Source: Bigelowiella natans CCMP2755 (lineage: Eukaryota > Protista > Cercozoa). Taken from it: a DNA stretch of 64,000 nucleotides. The notes under the pieces were generated by a model. That model was not told where the DNA came from. It did no database searches and saw only the letters and a list, made by a program, of their open reading frames with translations. Position numbers and translations under genes: made by a program. Below are positions 12,801-26,249 of the stretch, piece after piece (the stretch's first letter is position 1; the number at the start of each line of letters is the position of its first letter). The DNA is taken from assembly GCA_000320545.1 (NCBI GenBank), contig ADNK01001071.1:56541-120540 (forward strand), written 5' to 3'.

Positions 12801-15800
12801 GACCCCCCCACTAGATAGAGGGTTTTCGTCACAAGGTTTAACTTGCGGATCCTATGACTAGACTCGTCTGCGATGTATAGCATCTTATGACCTGAGAGGT
12901 GATCCACGTGCATGTCCATACCTCGAGGGTTGTAAAAGCGCCCTGTCGTTGCAGTCCCATCGAAATAGCCAGTGCTCCCTGAGCCTGCAATGACAGTCTC
13001 CGAGGCTGACGGTGAGGACAATGACCATGTGCGAATCCTGTGGTCACTGCAGGAAACGTAGAAATCGCGCGTTTCACTATCCAAATAGATACCCCGAGGG
13101 TAGTAGGTCATCTTCTTCATCGTTCTAGTCTTTACTTCATGGTCGCTGTAGGGCATACCTCTCTGTGTTGGCGCCGTCGTAGGATACCGGGTGACCGTAG
13201 GTGTCACCTGCGGCGAAAATGTCTGAAGTTTTATGGATTTTGTCACCTTGCGAATGCGCATGTTGCTGTAGTCGGTGACCCATACTGTCTGCGTTCCATT
13301 AGTATACTGGAAACATATTCCGTACGGATTGTTGAAGCGAGAATAATATGCTTTGCCGTCGGTGGTCGCACCACCGGCCCACATTCCCGCGACAAGACTT
13401 ACCCGCTTGTCCATCATGTCGATCACACGAATGTTGTCATTGCCATACTCGCTCACATAGACAAATGGAGGGTTGCGGGTTTCATCGACATCGATACTAA
13501 CTGGATAATTAAATTTGGCTAACGTTCCAATTCCATCGAAACTGCCAGCAGATAGACGAGTCCCTGCGATCGTCGTAACCTTTGCTAAACCTAGATCAAT
13601 CTGTCTAATGGAGTGACTGTATGAGTCTGCAACGTAAATCTTGACTACGTCCGTAATCTTCGACACTGCGAGGCCCATCGGGTAGTAGAAACGCGAAGAA
13701 GTCAAAGGTCCGTCCATCTGAGTTGCAGATCCTGTTCCTGCGAGCCTGTACACTTGACGATCCTCAATCCTACGAATGCGGTGGTTGTTGCGATCTGCTA
13801 CATACACGATCACAGTTTCTCTCTTCGCAGCCTTTGAAGGATCAGGGACAAGCTCATAGTAGCCACCGTTGGAACTGTATGTACCGCCATTCTTGTCATA
13901 ACTTGTTTTCATGCAGCAGCGGCCAGGACTCGAGTACGATCTTGTGTAGACCCAGAAGGAGGTGCACCGGTACGCTCCTGCGCACACGTCTGCGCAATAT
14001 TTGACCTCGTCCGACTGGCCGGAACTGCTGAAGCTATTTGTACACCACAGGCCCCCAGAAACGAGAGGGTGTGCACCCGGGATAGTGAGCTCTGCAACCC
14101 TGGGAGTCGCGGTGCTCATGATGTAGTATGCTCCTGCACTAAATGCCTGATTGCCTGCGAGGGCAAACGAAGAATGCATACAGCAACGACCCGCCGGCTT
14201 TGCGTACGCATAGAATGACTTACAACTACCCTCCTGACGGCATTGTTCTGCGCAGAAACTCACCTCTGATGAGTATCCTGATGCAGGAAAGTCGTCGACA
14301 CATCTGATCGTCTGATAGGTGTTTGGATGTCGATTTGCTGTATAAACCTGCATGGGAACCTGCTCCTCCTTCTTACGATAGACTGCTACGTCGTTAGGAT
14401 AGTTGAATCGCGCGTAGGTGAATGACCCGTCGTAGTAGCCAGCAGTCCCACTCCCTGCAAGCAAATTTGTAACCTGCGTCTGCAAATTGATGTACCTGAT
14501 ACGGTGGCTATTGTAGTCAGCAACGTATAGGTTCTTCTTTCCAAGAGGGTCGGTATCAATCGACAGTCCGCGCGGATTGTAGAAGCGAGCATAAGAAACT
14601 GGTCCGTCGAAGTAACCAGTACTGCCCGTGCCCGCGATGATCTTGGTAGCAGCTGTTGCTCCGTCGTACTCTCGGATTCTGTGATCAGTGTACGAAACGT
14701 AGAGTTTATTCGTCTCTGCATCATATTCTATGCCATAGGGATATTTGCTTGACTCAAACTTCCAAGTGCTTACTTCCCCGGTAAACTGATCGATTGGATC
14801 TCCACGGAGAGTCGGTGAAATTGTAGGTGTTTGTGTAATGGTCGGCGCTATTGTTGTGGGTGTAGATGTAGGACTTAGTGTCTCGAAAGATATCTTCCTG
14901 ATACGTTGATTGCTGTAATCTGCGACATATATGACACTTCCAGACGCAGTGCGGTGGTATGCGAGGCCGTAAGGATTATTTAAATTTGCCAAATATCCTA
15001 TCCCATCCAGGAATCCAGCTTTAATGCCAGCAACACGTGTCACTCGCCCAGTAACGAGATCAAATGACCGGATCAAGTCTTTTCCACCATACTCTGATAT
15101 ATACAGCGTTGGTGGATCTGCTGTGTCGTCCATAGTTATACCATGTGGGTAGTAGAACTTAGATGTACTAGCGATTCCGTCAATTTCTCCTGCACTTCTG
15201 CGCGTTCCAGCGATGGTTGTAACCTGTTGAGATTGTAGGTTGATCTTCCGAACAACGTGGCCGTAGGTGTCAGCAACGTAGACTGACAGGACGTCGTTAC
15301 TGTCCACGTGGGCTACTACGCCTCCAGGGTAGTAGAAATACGCTGTTGAGGCGGGGCCATCCCTGTGTGACGCGCTGCCGGTTCCGGAAAGTCTGCTAAC
15401 GCGCCATTCCATCAGCATCTGTGTCTGGGACACCATCGGTGCCACAACTCTGATGCAGTGCCGATTCCAATCAGCGACGTAGATCGCGTTGGGAAACTCA
15501 AATAGGGACGATTTATTCCGGAAGACAGCTACATCATGAGGATTGTAAAACTGCGCGTACGTCCCGGGACCATCTCTCACAGAAGTATAGGTCCCACTAC
15601 CAGCAATTGTATTGGTTTCGAAGGTATCAAGGTCCATTGAACGAATTCTGTGATTCGACTGGTCCGCTATGTAAAGAACTCGTTTCCCGCTGGGCATGTA
15701 ATCGATGTCCAAGCCGCGTGGGTTGTAAAAGTAGGCGATGGTTCCGCGTCCATCACGGAAGGACTGTGAAGATCCAGCAATAATGGAAGATAATTTATTC

Positions 15801-17591
15801 GGCTCTTGGACGCGGATCTTATCGTTGACCCAAGAAGAATATACGTTTCCAGTCGTCTTATCGACCGCCACGCTATACGGATTACTTCCGTAGTAGTCGT
15901 ACGTCTCAACATATGCGAATGTATCGACGAATGGCTGCTGTCTGGTCGTGGGTGCCTTGGTAGGAGAGATAGTAGTGAGAAGATCGGTGGGCGATCCAGT
16001 GGAAGGGGTCATCGTTGGCGACTTGGTTGAAAAGAACAGCTTGCGGATCGCATAGTTGGAGTAGTCAGAAAGGTAGATGACACGGTCAGAAGTCATGACC
16101 ATTCGCTTCGGGTTGTTGAACCGGGCTCGATACCTGAAGAGAAGAGAGAGATTCATCAAAAGAAGGCAACAGAAAGTCACAGATACTAGAGATATGTGTT
16201 GGCGCGAAGAGGGATGGAAAAGCAAGCAGTAGGATAATTGCTACAATAATGGTACCCCAGGCCGTCAATTCTTCCCCCGGCTTGAACTCCGGCTGTTCGA
16301 AAGACTTGATTTTGGGCCAGATCGATGACACGGATGTTATCATTTCCTTGTTCACCCACGTAGATAAATGGCGGGTTAGATTTTCTATCCACAACGATGC
16401 AGTGTGGAGTATTAAATCGTGCGGTTCGGAGAGGTCCATCGTTATTGCCTGAGATGTGATGTATGAACGTGAGTGAGAAAGGCAAGCAAGAACGGCGAAG
16501 GTAGGTTTTTTATAGATATCTCAGGTTGTTCGAAGGAACGCAATTTCCCTATTCTCTCCTAATTCTCTCTCTGCCTCGCAGAACGTACTTGCAGAGTTCT
16601 TAACTCCCGCCAGTGTGGTCACCATCCCAGTATAGGTGTCGATCTTGCGAATAACGTCATAGGTGTAGTCCGCGACATACAAGACCGGCTTGCCGTCATT
16701 CGGGTCCAAATCTATACCGTAGGGATTGTAGAACTGTGCAAACGTGGCCATTCCGTCGCGCAATTGCGCCCCACCAGTACCTGTGAGATGGCAAAGAAGT
16801 CAAAAGCAAATGTTAAGGGATACGGGCCAAAAGCTACGACCAGTGTCAATGTATTCTAAATAAGTACTCTTTTCTGAATCCAATTCAACAAAGTAGCAGA
16901 TGGAGCGGTGGCAGGTATATATATCCAGTCTATAATGCTTGCACAGAAGTGTATTTTCTGCTCCACCACTAACACTACTGCTACTATGTATACAGCTGCT
17001 ATTTCTCCTAATACCATGCCTACAGTTACAACGGCTACATCTACCACGCTATAAATATGTCCTACCGGCAACACGATTCACAACTCGTCCGGTGATTGCA
17101 CGAATACGGTGGTTTGAGGAGTCCGCGACGTAGATGGTTGGGTGCGAGTCGAAGGTGCCGTTGCGGAAGACGGCGATGTCATATGGATTATAAAAGCGCA
17201 CATTGATCGTTCCTATGCCGTCATAGTACCCATAACTCCCAATACCCGCCTGGGTGGTGACAGTTGCTGTGTCCACGTTGTATTTGCGAATGCGGTGATA
17301 GCTGTCCGCGATGTAGATAATCGTTTGCGAACTCCCGCCATTGACTTCGGTGTCGATATCGAATGCACGCATGTACCCAAACTTAGCATCCATTGCAGAA
17401 CCATCTCTATGCCCGCTACCTGAGGAGGCTACGACACGGTACGACTGGTCGGTAGGATTGATTCGCTTGATCTTATAGTCGCTGTAACCAACATACAAGT
17501 AGTTTGTCCTCTCATCGTAGGCCACGGCCCACGGATACAAACTATCAGTGAAGACCGTATCCACCATTGAAATACCTTTATATGTGAGGAA

Positions 17592-17628
<37 letters not shown>

Positions 17629-18488
17629 TGTGTTAGAGAGAGGGAGACAGAAAATTATGTATTTCTGCTGGTGTGATACTAATAAAATAATGGTAGTGTC
17701 CGTTTTGCGCAAGCAACCTCCTGATGGTGTCATTCCTCGCTTCGTCGGGCTTAGAGTGGGAGAGATAGTCATCGAAGGTCCCTTTGTAATGGGAACTCGA
17801 GTCGGCGATGATGTAATACGCCGGATTTCACGGATCGCCCTGATTATGTGTAGCAACGTATGGAATATTATTTCGGGAGGCCTGTTGTCCCTCCCTCTTC
17901 GCTCTCTGGCTAACACTATTTTAATTCTCCAATCGCTTGTTACCAATATTTAACTGACCCGTTGCTGTAGTCTCCAACGTAGATGTTCCGCTGGTCCTTG
18001 TGTGAAACAGTGAGGGAATACGGGTTGTTGAAGCGAGCTTGCATTCCCGCGCCATCGATAATGGCACCTTCAGTTCCAACGCCAGCTACTCGCATGACGT
18101 TCCCTGTGTTCATGTTAATACCTCGAATGTTTCCGTTTCCGTGCTCTGCGACGTAAATATGGGGGGGGTGAGTCGAGGGATCCACGTCGATTCCTATTGG
18201 ATAGGTAAAGCGCGCCAGTGTTCCTACTCCATCGAAAGCACCGGCCGAGTTGCGGTGTCCTGCGATTGTTGTAACCTGCTCGAGAGCGAGATCTACTTTC
18301 CGGATGCAGTGGCTATATGAGTCCGCAACGAAGAGGACTAGCTTTCCAGTCGCCTCATTGAAGTAGTGGGTAACGCCTTGAATGTAGTTGAAGTAGGCCG
18401 TTCTTCCAGGGCCGTCGCGGTGCGATCTCGATCCTGAGTGATGTGTGCGTGTGTGTGCGGGTAGAAGCGGTGTGCGGAGGAGAGTGTA

Positions 18489-18528
<40 letters not shown>

Positions 18529-21500
18529 CGTATATACAGATATGATCGCGGAGTTGGCAGATGCAAAGAGAAATAAGAGATGAGGGGAAGATCATTTTTA
18601 TACCTGTTCCAGCGACGGTAGTAATCATCCTATTGACCACAGTCCCAAAACTGTTTAGAACAGGTGTGATTTTGCGGATCCTGTAGTTATACTCGTCGGC
18701 AACATATATATCTGGATGAGTCTTTGTCTTGTTGCGCCACAATGTTATGTCCATGGGGTAATTGAAGTACCTAAGTTTTAATAGCCCGGTCAGAAGTAGC
18801 CAAATCTCTCTCGCTCCCTTGCGCTCCCCCCCCCCCCTCTCTCTCTTTGTATGTGTGTGTGTGTGTGTGTGTGTGCGTTTCAAATGATTCTTACGCATAA
18901 GTTTGTGGTCCATCGCGGAAGCTGCGGGAGCCGGACCCAGCGATATGCTCTACGGTCTTCGTTTGAAAGTCATACATGCGAATCCGGTGGTTCCGGTAGT
19001 CAGCAATGTAGAGGTACTTATTCCCGTTTGAATGATAGTCCATTTCCAGTCCGCGAGGCTCGTAAAAGTGTGCGTAAGTCGGTGCGCCATCTCGGTAGCT
19101 TGCTGAACCAGAGCCTGCAAGGAGGGAAGAATAGAACCCCTTCGCCGTCAACGAGCGGATCTTTTGGTCGGAGCAAGACACGTACGCATCCCCAGTGATA
19201 GGGTCAATCTCGATGCCCCTAGGATACCATGATTCCGTGGTCATGGTGTTGACCTCTACTGTGTTCATCGTCATGATGTCGAATGATGCAGTCGGCACCT
19301 GGGTAGGTGTGACGGTAAAGATGCTCTTTGTCGGGGCGACGGTTGTTGGAGCATTCGTTGGACTTCGGGTTTGGGAATATACTGCCCTGAGCAGCGTGTT
19401 ACTGTAGTCTGAGACGTATATCCGTCTCATGGCTTGGTTCCATCCAATGTGGTACGGGTTATTGAACCTCGCGCGCGTGCCTAGACCATCAATTGCAGCC
19501 CCTGCCGTGTTGTAGCCTGCAACATGCAGAACTTGCTGGTTTGCAAGGTCGACAAGCCGGATGTTGTCATACTGATACTCGGAGACATAGAGGAAGGGCG
19601 GGTCACGCGATTTGTCGACAACAATGTCGCGAGGGTAATAAAATCTTGCGACCGTGCTGGCTCCATCGTTATAGCTTGCAGAGTTGCGGCCAGCAACTGT
19701 AGTCACTTCTCGTGCCATCAGATCGATCTTACGGATGCAATGATGATAACTGTCTACAACGAATAACATCACTCGATTGCTGACGCCTTCATAGACCTGG
19801 ATTCCCTCTGGATAATAGAACTGTGCCGAGGAAACCGGCCCATCTTTCCACGCTGTTCCTCCAGTTCCAGCCACCTGATACACCTCGACTGTGTGCGCAA
19901 CCGCCGGTGCGTAGCGCGTGCGGCGGATCTCACGAATGCGGTGGTTGTTACGGTCGGTCACATATAAGGTAGGCTGGTCTGACTGAGAGTTATTCCTGTA
20001 CAAAGTAATATCCCATGGGTAGTAGAACTTTGCGATCGACGCGCGGCCATCTCTCATGCCAGAGCCACTTGAGGCGTACGTTTCCGTCATACGAGTTTTG
20101 AGATCAATAACACGAATCCTGTGGTTGGTATAATCAGCGACGTATAGCTTATTGCTAGATGCATCGTTCTCGTCTAGGCAAAGGCCCTTGGGTGAGTAGA
20201 AGCGTGTCATCGTCGTAACACCATCGACAATACCGGCGCTGCCACTTCCTGCAATCAAGAGGACGGAGTGGTCATTTGGATTATACCGACGAATTCTATG
20301 GTCCGTGTGTGCGACATAGAGGAAGCCAGATTCAGAGACAGTAATTCCTGTAGGTGTGCTCTGGGCCCTCATCACGGTAGACACATCGGCAAGATCGTAG
20401 CGCAGCGGGTCTCCACGAAGAGTCGGAGATACGGTTGGTGAGACTGTGTCAGTAGGCGAGGAAGTAACAGGCACGCGAGTGGGCGAGGTGGTCACACGTT
20501 TGAGCTGACGAATAAGGCCGTTCGAATAGTCTGCGACATAGGTGATGCGCTCGCCACGGAGGTCCGTGCAGATGCCGAAGGGGTTACTGAATCGCGCCTT
20601 GACCCCGAAACCGTCAATAGCGTTTCCTTGCTGTTTCATTCCCGCTGCCGTGTAAACTTGTTGGGAGAGGAGATCGACAGCCCTAACGTTGTCGTTGCCA
20701 GACTCGGTGACGTAAATCACTGGAGGCACGCGCGTCGAGTCAACGCTCAGATAATACGGACTGTTGAATCGCGCGGTTGCGATCGAGCCGTCATAGTATC
20801 CTGAGCTGTAACCTGCAACTGTTGTGACCTCATCGCGGGTCATATCGACCCTACGGATCTTATGGTTGCTCGTGTCTACCACGAACAGCACTACTCGCGA
20901 CTTGGCATCACGCTGGTACACTTCGACGTCGCGCGGGTAGTAGAAGTACGCGTACGTTAGCGGGCCATCACGAAAGCTGGCCGCTCCAGACCCTGCGGCT
21001 CTATGCAACTTGCCATTGCGGATCTCCCGGATACGATGATTGTACATGTCGGCAACAAACAAACGTGGATTCGATCCGAGCGTAAGATCCTCGACCTTGT
21101 AGTACGCACCATTGCTGAGCGTTTTGTACGCGGTGCCCGTATAGCCGGCATGCAAGCAGCACTTTCCCGGCTCGGCGTGTGTCTTGTCATGGACCCAGAA
21201 GTGCGTGCAGGCTGTCAACGATGCCTTGCACAGGTCAAGGCAGTGCTGGATCTCATCGTGGTAACCAGATGTTGGAAAGTCAGTCGAGCAAGAGATGTTG
21301 ACCGGATTGGCCGGGAACCTGTTGAATGCGAACTCACGCCGCGCCACTTTGGGGTCCGCTGAATAGCGCTTCAACGAGATTCCTGAGGGGTAGTAGAGCC
21401 TGCCAGGGCTCGTGGCAATGCCATCTGAGTACCCAGCCGAACCAGTTCCCGCGACATGATGAACGAGGTTGTTTACTTGATCAATCTTTCGAACCTTGTG

Positions 21501-22697
21501 AGAATTGTGATCTACGACATAAATGTCGGGAGATCCGGAGGTCCCTGTATAATCAAGGGCAACGCCATGCGGGTTGTAGAACTGCGCGGTCATCGAGTCG
21601 CCATCGCGGCTACCATGGCCCCCCTGCCCCGCAACTACGAAGATGCGCTTGAAAGAATCAATTTTGTACAATTTGTCGTCACCAACTGACGAGTAATATA
21701 TGTCGCCATTTTGCTTGTCCATTGTGATGCACATGGGCGAGTTGAGGCCCTTGTAATGTGTACGGACTTCCATACTTTCTGCAATCATTGGCGAACCCCG
21801 GTATCTAATTTGTGGGGGAGACGGGAAGGTATGGCAATGAGGAATCGAGAATCATAACATAATCACATTCAATGCGAAGATTCGAAATCAAGAGCAATAA
21901 TGCCTGCACATACACACGTACACAACAGAGGCAGGTATGCCACAACAGTTGCCGCATGCATAAAACAGGCACTGCATGATCATCAATGACGCCGTATCTG
22001 CTACTTACGTTGGAGACACGGTGTTGCTCAGGTAGATGCTAGGGGAGATGGTTGTTGGTACTGACGTCGGACTTAATGTTTGCGACCGAAGAGATCGAAT
22101 CGCGTAGTTGTTATACTCTGCGACGTACAAAGTCCTCGTTGTTCGGTCAAACCCTGCCGAGAATGGCTCGTTAAACCTTGCAGTGGGGCCCTTACCGTCG
22201 ATCCGACTTGCTGCGCCGTTTCCTGCCACACGATATACCATCCCCAACCTTGGATCAACCGCGCGTACATCGTCGTGGCCAGTTGTGGTAACATAGACAA
22301 AGGGAGGCGTCCTCGACGTGTCAAGACCGATTGCCATCGGATATGTGAATTTGGCCGTGTGCGCTTGCCCGTCAACAAGTCCGGCACTGCCTGGAGTACC
22401 AGCGATGGTGGTGACGATATTTGTGGCCAGGTTTACGGCACGCACTGTATGGCTATTGTAGTTTGCAACATAGAGGGTGGGGGGTGAGCCGGGGTTGGTA
22501 AAGGGGTCCATCTTTAAGTCGGTCGGGTAGTAGAAGCGAGCAGTTGCAACCTAAAAGAAGATAGATGACAGTCATTTTCTGTGCCGTTACCTCGTTAACA
22601 GTCAAATCTCGACTCCATTATCATTTTATAAAATAGCATTACTAACAAAAAATATTCCCTCTCACGTACTCACCAAACTATCTGGATCCAGATTTAA

Positions 22698-22755
<58 letters not shown>

Positions 22756-25700
22756 ATGCGCATATATCCATTCTAACATTTTCTGACTTGGCAGCAACTG
22801 CTGTATTCAGCACCGCTGCACTACCGCACAAAGCTAGTACCGGGCCATCGATGTTGCCTGCACTGCCAGTTCCAGCTGCCGTTGTGACCTGACTTGATTG
22901 TGTATCACACTGCCTGATCTTATTACTTGTACGATCCGCGACATAGAGCTTGACGAAGTTAGATCCCGCAGTACGGTGAACAACAACCGCGTATGGAGAG
23001 TAGAAACGAGCAGCGCTAATCGGTCCATCATTGGAGCCGGCACTGCCAGTTCCAAACGCAACGTTGACCTTGCAGCCCGTGCAAAGTGCAATTTCCCTGA
23101 TCTTGTGGTTGCTTTCATCCGCAACATACACCCTATTTTGGCTAGGCTTCGTGGGGTGTTGATCTAGAGCTACGCCACGCGGATTGTAGAAACGGGAGTT
23201 TGTTGGGTTTCCGTCTGTACTTCCACTGGTCGAACCAGCGATGAGGAGGATACTCTGATCCTTGGTGTTGACCATGCGAATCTTGTGATCCGTCGCTGAG
23301 AAGTAGATCTTGCCGCTGCCATCTGGGACGACATAGATTCCCTTAATTTTGAAGCGCGAGTCGTACATAGCCGTGAACACCTCAGACTTCAGATCGTAAA
23401 AAGGATCCCTGCGCAATGAAGGCGTAGTAGTTGGGTTGACAGTGCTGGTTGGGCATTTCGTCCTTGGAGCACGAGTTGGTGAAGCGGTCCCAGCATCCTG
23501 GATGCGTCTAACGACTTTGTTAGAGTAGCTGGAAAGGTAGATCTTCCTTGTCGTTGGGTGTATAACTAAGCCATAGCAATCACTAAATCTCGCAAGATTT
23601 CCTTTCCCATCAATCGGAGCTCCTCCAACACCTAACCCAGCAACTCGCTCCACCAAGTTTGTGCCTAGATCAACCAGGCGCACAACGTCAGTTCCGTAGT
23701 CAAACGTAAAGATCATCGGGGGATCGCGCGTCTCATCAACAGAGATAGCCCTCGGAAAGTTAAAGGTCGATGTCAGCGGGTTGCCGTCGACTGAACCCGT
23801 AACCCCTGTTCCCGCGATTGTCGTCACAACTTGTGTCTGCAGGTTGAGCATCCTCACCGCGTGATTTTGGGTGTCAGCAATATAAAGGTTTGCCATTCCA
23901 TTGGACTTCACGTGCACATCAAGGCCTCCAGGAGACTTAAACTGTGCGCTTAAGGCAGGGCCGTCAATGAGCCCCGCGGTGCTACCCCCCGCGACCGTCG
24001 AAACAATTGAATTGTGGATCAAGCGAATTCTGTTGTTTCCATAATCCGCAACGTACACTTTCGGCGCTGACATGGTTGCGGTCCTAAGCACTGACACGTC
24101 GTAGGGGTACGAGAAGTGGGAATTGGCAGCCGGTCCGTCGCCCAAACTGTTACTCCCCGTTCCCGCAGCTGTGTACACTCTATCGTCGTAGAAAGAGTAC
24201 CTGCAACAGCAAATGCACATGGGGAAAAGAGAGAAGTTTTTTTTATGCAGAAGCGCGACGAAATAATTTGAATTCAGTGTGGAATGTAAGATTTTTTACA
24301 TTACCTTCGAATGCGGTGGTTATTTTTGTCAGCGATGTAAATTTCAGATCTGTATTGTGTGACGTAGTCGAAATCGCATGACATCGGCACATAAAATCTA
24401 GCTGACAAAGGCGCTCCGTTGGTCGCCCCGGCGCTTCCAGTCCCCATAAATGTTGAAAGAACTTGATTCGCAAGGGAAAGAGTCCGGATCCTGTTGTCGT
24501 TGCATGTAAGATAGAGTACGTTGTTTCTCTTGTCAATGCACATTCCGTTCACAGTCGTGCCAATAGTAGATTCCGTGAAGACCATCTGAAGTGGGGTTAG
24601 TTCAAAGTCACGCGCATATGAAAGTTATTCCTTGTCCTATTTCGAGATATTAGTATTTTTGTGCGGTAGTGGTAATAGCGGGAACCGCTGCAGGACTAAG
24701 CGGGTGAGGATAGGGGGCGTGAACGCTCAGTGTTGCATCAAGTAATTACCACTTCGCTTTGTCTGAATCGCGCGCCTCGCATTGACGGCGCGCTAGTTGG
24801 GTTCATAGTGTCAGTTGGACATCTTGTTGGATTGAACACCTAATCATTACAAATTCAACCAATAATCGCTCAGCACACACGCAGGCTCGCACGTTTGACG
24901 CACACAGAAGGCAAAGAGGAGATGGAACGGGACAAATAAAGAAGAAGGAGGGCACACAAGAGTCAAAAGGAGAGGAATGTGATAGACTATCAATCGCTAT
25001 CGCTGCTGCCAATTTCTTTCCTATGTTGCTGCTATTGGGAGAGAGAATTACCGGTGACCGTGTGGGAGACATGGTCTCTTGTCCGATGAACCGTATCTTA
25101 GCATCACTGGTGTCCATGACGTAGATAGCCTTGTGGCGATTAATGCTCACATCGGCCGCAATGCCACGGAGACTGTAGAAGCGCGCAAGGGTCGCCGGCC
25201 CGTCGATTGCTGTTCCACTGCTCATAGGTGTCTTACCCGCGATGGTAGTAACTTGATTGCCCAAAATCATGTCGATCCTCCTCACCACAGGGTTTGAGGT
25301 GGACACGACGTAAAGCTGATTCTGGAACGGGTCAATTGAGATGCGGAACGGGTTGTTGAAGCGCGCAGTCGCATAGGGGCCGTCGAGGTGACCGGAAGAC
25401 CCTGAGCCCGCAACTGTGGTTACCTGCTGGCCCGCAATATCGATCATCCGGATGCGGTGGTTGCTCCTGTCTGCGACGAAGAGCTTGGGGAGAGGAGTTG
25501 TTGTGTTGTGGCACACGATCCCAGATGGATAGCGGAACTTTGCGACATGAAGATGGCCGTCCATGAACCCACTCGATCCTGTCAGCGTCGTGACAACCGT
25601 CCCCATCGCCTTGACATCCAGCGCGCGGATCACGTGGTTGCTAAAATCTGCAACATAGATGGTCTTGAAAGTCAAAGAACCATCACCGTCGGGGTCAATG

Positions 25701-26213
25701 CACAAATCGTACGGGTTGTTAAACCGGGCACTAAGAGCCATCCCGTCGGTCCGACCTGCGCCGAACATACCGGCGATGGTGTCAACAGATTTTGTCGCCA
25801 TGTCCAACCGCTTCACGACATGATATTGAATGTCTGATACATATATTTGCGGTTTTGGCAGCGAATTGTCGATAGCTATGCCATAGAGATTGCCGAACCG
25901 AGCCGATCCCATAGCGCCATCCATGTAGCCTTGGGTTCCTGAGCCCGCGACTTGAAGCTGGAAACCTGTGACGGGGTTGATCTTGTGGATCCGCCGATCA
26001 CTCGAACAGATGTAGATATCTCCCGACTTATCGTCGATAACCATCCCCTGAGGCGTTGCTACAGAGGAAACTGTCTTCACCTGCAGCGTGTTCCGGTTGA
26101 ACGGTATTTGAGGCGAAATCGTCGGATACTCTGAGGATGGTGATTATGTGAGCATGAGGTTATTCAAAAGATCTTATGGTAAGATTCACAAAAGACACAC
26201 ATTAAAATATTTA

Positions 26214-26249
<36 letters not shown>

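Noticed and set aside
9730-20420. RGD tripeptides in three linkers as integrin-type ligands
   Set aside because: They are a by-product of the RGxP junction motif, and the third residue is not conserved across modules.
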